From contig NW_027361696.1 in the NCBI RefSeq assembly GCF_039654945.1, positions 12,648,001 through 12,712,000 of the forward strand: a stretch of DNA of 64,000 bases, given 5' to 3'. Origin of the DNA: Dendrobates tinctorius. Lineage: Eukaryota. Below are positions 11,564-20,551 of the stretch, piece by piece; within the stretch, counting starts at the first letter, position 1; each line of letters opens with the position of its first letter. Both the position numbers and the translations under genes were made by a program. Below the pieces are notes generated by a model. It saw only the letters and a program-made list of their open reading frames with translations. It ran no database searches and was not told where the DNA came from.

Positions 11564-12405
11564 ACCCGAATAGGGACGCCTCTGCCCCCAGAGGACAACA
11601 AGACAAAGGACGCTCGGACCGAACACAGGCGCTGGAAAATTGGGACTGATCATCCCCCACGACAACCACGGTAAGTTGGCAGTTAAACTGTTCAGACTGA
11701 CAGTTTGGTGTCGTTTTCCTGTGCTTGTTACTGCAAAGAGGATCTGAGGTTTGTCCTTGATGGTGGGATGATTCTTGGATGGAATCATATAGAGGTGCAG
11801 ACCCGTTGGGGGCCCAGTGTTCGAACCGTACCTCATAAGGGACAGACACCGCAGACTGACCAGTGATTGTGATTCTATAGTCAAAATATCCTGAAATCCT
11901 GATCACTGTTAAAATCAGGCGTGGTGATGTGATCGAAGATTGGGTAGGATACGTAACTCAGGTATATATAGATATATATAACCCGAGGTGTCCGGAGGGA
12001 TAGTCTGAGACACCCTCCTCCTTTCACTGAGTACCGCGTTGGAATTTTGGGCATCCCAGACGGGGATAGACCCAGTAGAACAGACTGTACGGCCGCTCCA
12101 GTACTGTGCACAACCGAAGTAAGGTTATTTAGCTCTAAAGGAGAGAATCATGTTTCCGTGGAAGGAAAAGAAGAATTCCGTGGCTTGGCACATGAATTGT
12201 GTGATGAAGGTTATATAGAAGTGGAAAAGGAAGTGAATTCTGATTGTTTCTGTTACTGCTATCTCGAAGAAGGAAAATTGTCAATTACTATGACAAGCAC
12301 TTGATGTTTTGTTGTGCAAGAAAGTGACTGAGAGTAATAAGAAAGTGGCTGAGGGTAATGTGCCAGAAAGACAACTAAAAATGATGATCTGAAACAAGGG
12401 GTCTC

Positions 12406-13278
12406 TGTCATGAACTCATTTTCTGCTCCACCAGTTGAGAGTTCCCCTTCCGTTCTCCCTCTGGTGGTGACAGGAGGTAGTGCGGTTGGTTTAAGTGGTA
12501 GTGATCTGCCACCTGATGAGGAAGATAACGATTGGATCTCTAGAGTATCAGACTGGATATAAGACAGCCGACGCCCTATCCGGGTGCTGGTGATTCAGTC
12601 TGCTTCTCAGGTCCTGGACTTCAGCTCTCTTCCAGTCTTCTCAAGTTAAGTTTGTTTTTTGATAATGTTCACACTTGCTCTTGTAGGTCAATTCAGTTTT
12701 TTGTGTAATCAGCCTGCCCCTGCTGGGGCTATGCTGAAATTCCACTCCTATTAATCAGTATTTGCCAATCTGCTTTTTGTCCCTTATTAGATTGGCCTCT
12801 TTTTTGCTCTGTCTCAGAATATTTCAGAGTGCTGATATAGGTTTAGAAGTCTAGTGACTTCAGGGTTAATTTTGCTATCAGAAGTGTTGGACAATATTTT
12901 TGTAGGGTTTTTTTGGCAGATTGCAGACAGTGTCTTTCTTTTTCTGTCCTTTTTAGTTAGCCGGGTCCCATCGTTTGCTCAGCCTATTTTCCTGCCTTTG
13001 TTTGTATTTTCATCTTGTTTCACTGTCAATACATGTGGGGGGCTGTCTTTCCTTTGGGGTCTGCTCTGGGGCAGCTAGTTTTCCTCTTTTCCTGCTTTAG
13101 GCTTATGCAGTTCTCCGGTTGTGACGAGGCGTCTAGGACCAACGTAGGAACGCTCCACGACTGCTGCTAGTTGTGCGGGTAAGATCAGGGATCTGCAATC
13201 TGCATAGTTACCAACTTCTCTGGTTTTCTGAGACTTAGCTTGTTGTCTTTTTTTTTCCTCGGTTTCCCATTCATAACA
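12406..13278. mobile_element. Solo LTR (873 bp) of an LTR retrotransposon inserted in ERV gag
   Basis: Termini TGTCATGAA...TTCATAACA with TSD ggtctc (12400-12405 / 13279-13284). The gag frame is restored on removal. Confidence 0.88.
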
Positions 13279-13420
13279 GGTCTCCCTGCTAGATGATAAG
13301 GTCCCTCCCCAGGAAATCAAACCTCTCCTCCCGACTGTAAGCTCTGTGCCCCTTAACCCCAGGGCGCCAATATATCCTGGGCTGCCAAAACCCAGTACGC
13401 CCCCATCCTATGATCCTGCT

Positions 13421-13498
13421 GGGTGGATTTGTGCCGTATGCGGAGTTACTAATCCTCAGTGGAGAGAGGTCTGTTACAATTGTGGAGCAAGGAGACCT
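13421..13498 (+). other. RanBP2-type (zf-RanBP) C4 zinc finger within gag
   Basis: W-x-C-x2-C-x3-N-x6-C-x2-C pattern: GWICAVCGVTNPQWREVCYNCGARRP. Confidence 0.88.
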
Positions 13499-13710
13499 GG
13501 AGTCGCAGCCCCCACCTTTCCCTTGCTAAACGCTGATGGTACCTATTATCAGCCACCGCCAGCACCAGTCCCTGCTATGCCTAATATTGCTAGTGGTTAT
13601 GAGTATCCACCCCCTCCTACTTTAGTCACTCGGGTCAGACAGGATACACAGAGGAGATAGAAAATTTTCAGGAAATGTATTCCAATGTTATTCCTAGACC
13701 CCACCGTCAT

Positions 13711-14243
13711 GATGTGCTCTTTAGGATAGAGAGAGGGGATCTCGCGAAGCAGCACTTTTGGGCCATAGTAAATGCTGCGAATAATCAACTCCACCATGCT
13801 GGAGGACTGGCCGCAAAAATTTCACAGAAAGGCGGACCCATGATACAGGAAGAATCTTATTCGTATATACAAACTTATGGCCAGGTAGAAACAGGACAGG
13901 TCGCAGCAACCAGAGCAGGATAGCTGCCGTGTCAATATGTAATACATGCAGGGGGACCACGATATGATCCTACCAACATTCCTAGGTCTCAACAATTGCT
14001 TACTGAGGCTGCCCAGAATGCAATCCTGTATGCTTTCTCTGTCCCCCCGGTACGATGCCTCAACGTACAGTGGCCATACCATTAATCTCTGCCGGTATCT
14101 TTCAATATTCCAGGAAGGATGCCGCCATGGTCATAGTATCAGCAATAGAGCGGTGTATATAGGAAAACCCCATAAAATTGGAGGAGGTCCGATTTGTCCT
14201 CGACAGCAGCCTAACGGCCTATCAGGCAATACAATCTAACTGT
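13711..14243 (+). pseudogene. Macrodomain (MacroD / PARP9-PARP14 macro-1-like ADP-ribose binding or hydrolase domain) within gag
   Basis: FRIERGDL...AIVNAANNQLHHAGGLAAKISQKGGPMIQEES...YGQVETGQVAATRAG*LPCQYVIHAGGPRY, then a frameshift near 14045-14063, then RTVAIPLISAGIFQYS...KLEEVRFVLD. All macro motifs appear in order. Stops are at 13921 and 14160. Confidence 0.93.
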
Positions 14244-15062
14244 AACATAGTCTCCTGCCCCACTTCCGCAGCAGATGCCTATTGTGCCCATATTACCGCC
14301 ACCTCCTCCCGCCCCCGAGTCAGTAATATCCGAATTTGAAGAGGATGATGTGGAAACTACTCCTGACAGGCCAAAGTATATTCCCTTCACCCCATCGCAA
14401 ATAGACACCCTTTGCAATCAATTACCCGATCCAGAGACTTCCCCCATGGCCTTCTACAGGCAAATGGCAGCAAATCGAGAGATTTATTCCACTCCCCGAA
14501 GAGATCTATTACACATACTTCAAGTAAAAGCTGGGGAGGGGTATTTTCCAATTATTGAGGTGTTGATTTCTGCAATGCTTTAAAGGTTTGGGCACAAGAT
14601 AGACTAGCAGATCAAGCTATCTCTCTCACAGATGACACCCAGGACAAGGGGGAGACTGCCGAGAAGTTCTTTGGGCGTCTTATGGTGGTATTTAAAGATC
14701 TGGGATTCTCATTGTAAAATAAAGCCCACACACACCTTTTTGTGGCAGCTTTGATGTCCGGTCTTAAACCCGAATTGAAAGAGGCGATAATGTCAGTCAG
14801 ACCTGACGTCAAGAATTCCACTCCGGACGATGCATTGAAAGTAATAAAAAGTTTTCAGAAGAATTTAACCCGTTCTGTATCAGCAGGGAAACTGAAAAGC
14901 AAGCCAGCAGCTGCAGTTGTTCCAGCTCCCTCTCCCACCACCACCGCAAGCACACATCTTGTTCCTTATCAGTGGCACACACAGCAGCCTCTAGCTTCTG
15001 CCCTCCAACCATACACAAATTACAGTCATCAACCTTGCCAATGCCTTCTTTAGCATTCCGTT

Positions 15063-16036
15063 TGTTTGGCATCGTGTTCCTGCAGCGGTTCAACAGGAAT
15101 CCAGAGCCTCACATTCTGCAGTCTCCCATTATCTTTCGACCGCAGAGGACATTGCTCAGCAATCCTGGCATCCCAGACGCTCTGCCCAGACCTGCTCTGT
15201 GGGGTTGGCTATTGCTGCCACCTTTGGATCAACAATGGCAATGCAGGCTGCTCAGCAGCAAATCACTCCAGAGGCTAAGTCCCTCCGTAGCTCTACTGAG
15301 CATCCTCACGAGATGATCTCCCATTGGAGATCGGGAGCCACATGTCCAGGTCCTTCTCCAGATTTGATTGGTGCATCTCAGGGATCTGGAAGCTTCCGGA
15401 AGGTCCTGGCTATAAAAGGTTCGCATGGCCGCTCGGCCATGTGCTAGTATAGTCTCTAGTTGCTACTGTGTGAATGATGATGGATGCATGAACCTGCTAA
15501 TGACTCATTAAGATCCCCTCCCTCTGATATTACGAGTGTGTATAGGGACTTAGCTTTAGAGTCAGTGCCAGCCAGTGGCAATCTATAGCCACAATAAGCA
15601 TCTACACAGTACTAGCGTCCGACAGTGCGCCCCCTCTTGGGCATTGTCGACTAGCGGCAGTGTTTGTCGCCGCGCTGCAGTCTGCAGCTCCTTTTGACGT
15701 CCGCAGTTGCGACGCCGCACGCATGGTAGGTCTAGACGGATGCTGACTCTCTGCCTAGGGCTCAGCTCCTGTGACCATATACTGTGCGTGCACTTCTCTG
15801 AGACCTGTGACGCTAACAGGCTCAGCCCTTTTGTGTTTTGCACTTAAGGCATCTCTGTGAGTAAAACAGAGATCGCTCAGCGCACCTGGGTGACGTTCAA
15901 CCCGTGTGCGTTATACCGCCATATTGTACGTCCGCCATCAGCTAGCAGCAGTGTTAACACCTTCTGCATGGTGGACCCCGGGCGGCGAACGCACTTTACG
16001 TTATTTTATATTTAGTGCGTTCCGCCGTCCTTAACA
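15063..16036. mobile_element. Solo LTR (974 bp) inserted in the ERV RT
   Basis: Termini TGTTTGG...CCTTAACA with 5-bp TSD ccgtt (15058-15062 / 16037-16041). It splits the RT motif FFSIP|LHPDCQ. Confidence 0.85.
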
Positions 16037-16082
16037 CCGTTACACCCAGATTGCCAGTTTCTGTTTGCATTCACTTATCAGG

Positions 16083-16433
16083 TCCAGAAATAGAAGGCGA
16101 GCACCATCACAATAGTCCACACATCCGAACCATCATACAGTACGTGTATCAAAGAGACGCAGACGGCAATACAACTGTTTTACCCTTAGGTGCACATTCA
16201 TGGAAAATAAGCTAATCCACATAGCAAAAAATAGTAGAAAAGAACGGCACTCCCCGGGTAGTGTAGTCAAGGCTTTATTGTAACCACATGTAACCTGTGG
16301 AAGCGCCTTTGCAGCGCGAAACGATCGTCGTTGCTATCTCCTTTTTGCACCCGTTCTCCCGCTGATATGCTTTTACAATAAAGCCTTGACTACACTACCC
16401 GGTGAGTGCCGCTCATTTCTACTATTTTTTGCT
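16083..16433 (+). mobile_element. 351-bp Penelope-type mini-element with inverted pseudo-LTR arms and a hammerhead ribozyme
   Basis: 14-bp TSD attcacttatcagg (16069-16082 / 16434-16447). An approximately 62-bp inverted repeat spans 16221-16283 and 16373-16435. AATAAA is at 16377-16382, and the hammerhead lies between the arms. Confidence 0.85.
16290..16334 (+). ncRNA. Type I minimal hammerhead ribozyme (one core substitution)
   Basis: Stem I GUAAC/GUUGC; core CUGUGGA (canonical CUGANGA) plus an extra A; stem II GCGC-cuuugca-GCGC; GAAA; palindromic stem III ACGAUCGU. The cleavage triplet is GUC, with a predicted cut after 16329. Confidence 0.8.
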
Positions 16434-19160
16434 ATTCACTTATCAGGGATGACAGTTAACATGGACAGTTATGCCACAAGGGGCCCAAAACAGTCCCAAC
16501 CAGTTTGCAAAAAACATGAGCGAGGGTCTCTTGCCCTGGCAGTTAGATCACCCCCAGGTCACGCTGCTTCAGTATGTGGATGATCTTTTGTTGTGTGCAC
16601 GAACGGAGCAGGAAGCCATTGTTGCCACTGTCAGCCTTCTCAAGTATCTGGCAGATCTGAACTGTCGGGTTTCGGCCTCAAAACTTCAGTTCTGCCTTGG
16701 TCAAGTGATATTCTTGGGTCACTGTCTCCTTCAGGATGTCAGACACCTCACAGAAGAAAGAAAAATAGCTATCAGCTCCCTTTCTTTCCCAAAAGATGAA
16801 GCTGAACTCCAGAGTTTTCTTGAACTATGTACTTATTGTTGTCAGTGGATACCGGATGCATCCCGCCTAATGCAACCTCTTTACAATGCTTTGAAAGACG
16901 TCATAATAAGCTACAAGGAAAGATCACCGGTTTGTATAGAAAGCCTCCATTGCGCTTTCTCTGAATTGAAGCGGCTTATTGCTTCCGTCCCTGCCTTGGG
17001 CATCCGGGACTATGCGCGACCATTCCATTTGTATGTGTCTGAGAATGAAGGACACGCAGCAGGGGTACTTACACAATCACATGGCAACAGGCAACGACCA
17101 GTGGGCTATTATTCGGCCCACCTCGACCCTGTGGCCCGAGCATCACCAAGCTGCATGAGGGCAGTTCACGCCACTCACTTGTTGCTTGACAAGACTGCAG
17201 ACATAATTCTTGGACATGAAACGCACATTATTGTCCCGCATGACATTGCAGCAATACTGACACTTCAGCAACCAAGACATTTGACTGTGCAATGACACTT
17301 ACGGCTGCAGTGTTCACTCCTTTTGCCTGACTATGTCAAGTTACATCGCTGTACTACAATCAACACCGCTACTTTACTGCCGGTCCCCAAGAAAGATGGC
17401 AGTGATGAGGATTTTCTCCAACATGGTTGTTCCCAACTTCTGACTGAAGAAACAGCTACTCCGCCAAATGTCAGTGAGAATCCACTTCCAAATCCCGATC
17501 TGGTGTTATACACGGATGGTTCAAGATATGCTGATGAGTTTGGTAGATTCCACACGGGATATGCTGTTACCACAGAGGACACTGTAGTGCACACAGCTGC
17601 ACTCCCGCCCTCACAGTCAGCACAAGAAGCAGAACTCCAGGCTCTGTCTACTGCATGTACTTTGGCCAAGAACAGACGGGCTAATATATACACGGACTCA
17701 CGGTATGTATTTGGTATTGCTCACAATTTTGGGGCCCTATGGGCCAATCGAGGGTTTATTACTACTGCCGGAACCCCAGTGAAAAATGATGAAGCTGTTA
17801 AAACCCTCCTGGATTCGATCAAATTACCTACTCAGGTGGCTATTATCAAAGTTAAGGCGCACGGTCCTAAGAACAGTCCACAGACTGTTGGCAACGCATT
17901 TATGGATATGCAAGCAAAAGCCGCTGTTCTTTTACCCGTTGAACCAACCATACCAACTATAGTGACCACAAGCTCTCAGCGTAAACAGTTACAAGAAGCA
18001 TTCACCCTACAAGAACCTGATGATCTACAACAGACTGAAGTTTTCTGTTGGACCCCGCTTAATGACGATGCAGTGAATGTCTCCAAAGGAAGAGGTGAAG
18101 CAATGGAAGACTGATGGGGCACGTATGGATATGGTCTCTGGAAAAAGGACCAACTCGTGTTTCTCCCTAAGCGGATGTACCCTGCTATTGCCACATGGCC
18201 ACATGGGCCTACACATCGAGGAAAGAATCAGGCCCTCGCACTAGTGCAAAAATTCTACTGGGCCCCGGGAATTTCCACAGTTTTCACAGTACTCAACCAT
18301 GCCTGTAATATCTGTCAGACCTGCAATCCCGGTCAACTTCAACGTGTACCCCCGAAGCATCTTGCTAAGCCCGAGCATCCAGGTGGACCATATTACGTTA
18401 CCTAAGTCTGGAAGGTATGAATACTGTTTGGTTGTTGTTGACATGTTCTCCAGTTGGCCAGACGCATTCCCTGTTACCAACATGACTGCAAAAACCACAG
18501 CGAAGAAACTGGTGATGGAAGTCATATGCAGATATGGGGTTCCAAAAGTTGTTGAAAGTGATCAAGGTCCGGCCTTTTCTGCTTATGTGTACCAAGAAGT
18601 TCTGACAATGCTTGGATCCACTGTAGCCCTCTATACTCCGTACCATCCACAATCCAGTGGGAAAGTTAAGAGGCACACTGAAGGGACAATTGACCAAAAT
18701 GATGCAGGAGACTACAGCTCCATGGCCAGAGCTCCTACCCATTGTACTATACCACATTTGTACTACCCCTATTGCAAAACATGGTCTCTCTCCATATGAG
18801 ATATTGTTTGGTGCCAGGCCCCCAGTTGCAAATTTTCAGCCTCAGCAGTTATCAGAAGAAACTGACCGTGCTGTTCAATATTTTATTGAGCTTAGTAAAA
18901 ATCTTGCTAACACCCATGATCTAGTTTCTTCTTCTCTTCCAGATTCAGCAGAAACCGACACCTGTCATAACCTGAAGCCTGGTGATTTGGTAGTTGTGAA
19001 AAGGCATGTCAGAAAGCATGGACTAGAACCCTTGTATGACGGTCTCTATCAAGTCCTCCTCATCACACCTATATCAGTGAAACTAGAATGAAGACCGACT
19101 TGGATCCACGCATCGCACTGCAAGCTGGTTAAACATGCCAAAAGCAAATAAAGGGGCATA

Positions 19161-19495
19161 ATGTTTTGGTTTTTCGCATTTCCCATATTATTATTGGTAA
19201 CCGCATGGGACAATTCACCCCGCCCTTCAGGGAGACCACAAATAGTACAGATGAGTGTGGCCAATAAAGCTTGTTATACATTGCTGCCTGTATCCTTGTT
19301 GTATATGTGATACTAAAACTCGTTCTTTGGTGTATTTCTGTATGTATTAGGAAATTCTGCACTAGGACAACTAATGATGATACCAAAGGCGTCGTCAACC
19401 CTGCTCTTCTCTACACCGATCTCAAAAGGTCACTTGATGAAGATGTTGAAGTCAAGCGCATGGCTACCATCAAAAGATCTCCACCACTGTCATAA
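19161..19495 (+). pseudogene. env: env remnant: signal peptide joined out of frame to TM anchor and cytoplasmic tail
   Basis: MFWFFAFPILLLVTAWD starts at 19161, just after the pol stop. Hydrophobic LLYIAACILVVYVILKLVLWCISVCIRK plus a tail follows in another frame (19271-19495). The ectodomain is absent. Confidence 0.7.
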
Positions 19496-19654
19496 AAAAT
19501 TGTTATTCGTAAATTGCAGCATCCAGGGGGGATGGGTGATGCCATGACTAATAACATGGCATCAGCCATGTGAAGACCAGTACCCCTCAAGCTTATAGCT
19601 TAGGAGAGTACCTCTGATGCTGCATATTAGTTAACAAAATTTATCTAGGGGGAT

Positions 19655-20143
19655 TGTGAAGTACAGTATTCAGATGCACGGGACATCTTGTTCTCAAAGA
19701 ATCCATTTTTGTGCTTGCGACGCCATCTTGTTGTTTACAAGATAAATTCTGCAACTAGGGTAAAGTTTACGGCTGTTATGAAACCAGACTGTTCCAGTCT
19801 GAACAAGATATAAGATATTTGACCCTGATGAATGTGCTATTGTTCTACTCTCTATGCTACGTAGATACGGACATATATGTAGTTTCTGGTTTTCTTGCAA
19901 TACTATTGGCTTTTAAAGTAAATGTGTTACGACGATGCCATTGGTAGTTGTGTACTTTGTATAATTAAGCAAAATACTATAAAAGAGGTGACATAATAAA
20001 CGGGGTTAGCGATCTGCCTTGATCCTCCCATACAGAGACACACGTCTCCGTCTGGTCATTCTCAGTTGCTAGCAACACCCTGTGGATTAATTTGGAGATC
20101 ACTTGGTCAACCGTGAAGGGTCACTCTAGATCCTCCCTCGACA
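19655..20143 (+). repeat. ERV 3' LTR (489 bp)
   Basis: TGTGAAG...CTCGACA preceded by AGGGGGAT. TATAAAA is at 19978-19984 and AATAAA at 19995-20000. Confidence 0.95.
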
Positions 20144-20551
20144 ACCAAATCCCATATTAAGTGCCAAATCAATAGACGTAAGAGGAATATACACAGACGC
20201 TTCAAAAAGTATCTAAAAGGGATGTAGACACATGACCTGCAAGGGAGAATCCATTGAGAAAGCGAGATAACAAGTTATCTCAAACTAGCCAAAGTATCCA
20301 TATTAAAGAAAACTAAGAGTTGTTTGTAAAACCCTGTAAATAATAAGTCCTCATTTAGACCCTTAGATGTGCGACTTTGAAGTTCGTAGATGCATTTGGA
20401 TTCACAGCGGAGAAGATTAGTAATAGTCCCTCCCACCCCCCCCCCCCGATATTAGTTTGCACGCTTTCAAGGCCCATGACCTTAAAACGAGATGTACGGC
20501 CATGATGTACATCCAAAAAGTGGGCAGCCACTGAACATAACGTTTTGTTCC
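20144..20551 (-). mobile_element. Penelope-like element: GIY-YIG endonuclease C-terminus, 5'-truncated
   Basis: Minus-strand translation gives SVAAHFLDVHHGRTSRFKVMGLE, then after a frameshift in the G run NLLRCESKCIYELQSRTSKGLNED. This is typical of the PLE ORF end (HF...H, LLxxExxWIxxL...GLN). Confidence 0.8.

Larger units (their letters stand above)
12047..15020 (+). pseudogene. gag: ERV gag (disrupted): late domains YPGL/PPSY, RanBP2-type zinc finger, macrodomain, capsid with MHR
   Basis: After removing the solo LTR 12406-13278 the frame reads DDLKQGVSLLDDKVPPQ...IYPGL...PPSYDPAGWICAVCGVTNPQWREVCYNCGARRP. The macrodomain follows at 13711-14243, then CA YIPFTPSQIDTLCNQLPDP (about 14377) and MHR-like QDKGETAEKFFGRL (about 14640). 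There are several frameshifts and stops, NC is missing, and the true start is uncertain. Confidence 0.88.
15021..19151 (+). pseudogene. pol: ERV pol (RT, RNase H, integrase), 5'-deleted and interrupted
   Basis: TVINLANAFFSIP (about 15022-15060), solo LTR, PLHPDCQFLFAFTYQG, PLE insert, then LTWTVMPQGAQNSP, LLQYVDDLLL and RPVGYYS. RNase H shows LYTDGS and NIYTDSRY. Integrase shows HxxxH/CxxC, IQVDHI, VESDQG and YHPQSSG, ending in WIHASHCK. Protease and the RT N-terminus are absent. Confidence 0.93.
10811..20143 (+). mobile_element. Endogenous retrovirus, class I / epsilon-like, defective provirus (LTR-gag-pol-env remnant-LTR)
   Basis: Two TG...CA LTRs, tRNA-Lys-like PBS, leader splice donor ACG|GTAAGT (11671), Gag late domains/CA/MHR, RT YVDD, RNase H, integrase, env signal peptide and TM remnant, and purine tract AGGGGGAT before the 3' LTR. 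Confidence 0.95.

Noticed and set aside
13675-14243. Macrodomain as an independent processed pseudogene of a host PARP/MACROD gene
   Set aside because: There is no poly(A), TSD or UTR. It covers just the domain, on the same strand and collinear between late domains and CA, whereas every other insertion in this ERV has a clear TSD. It is not fully excluded without sister copies.
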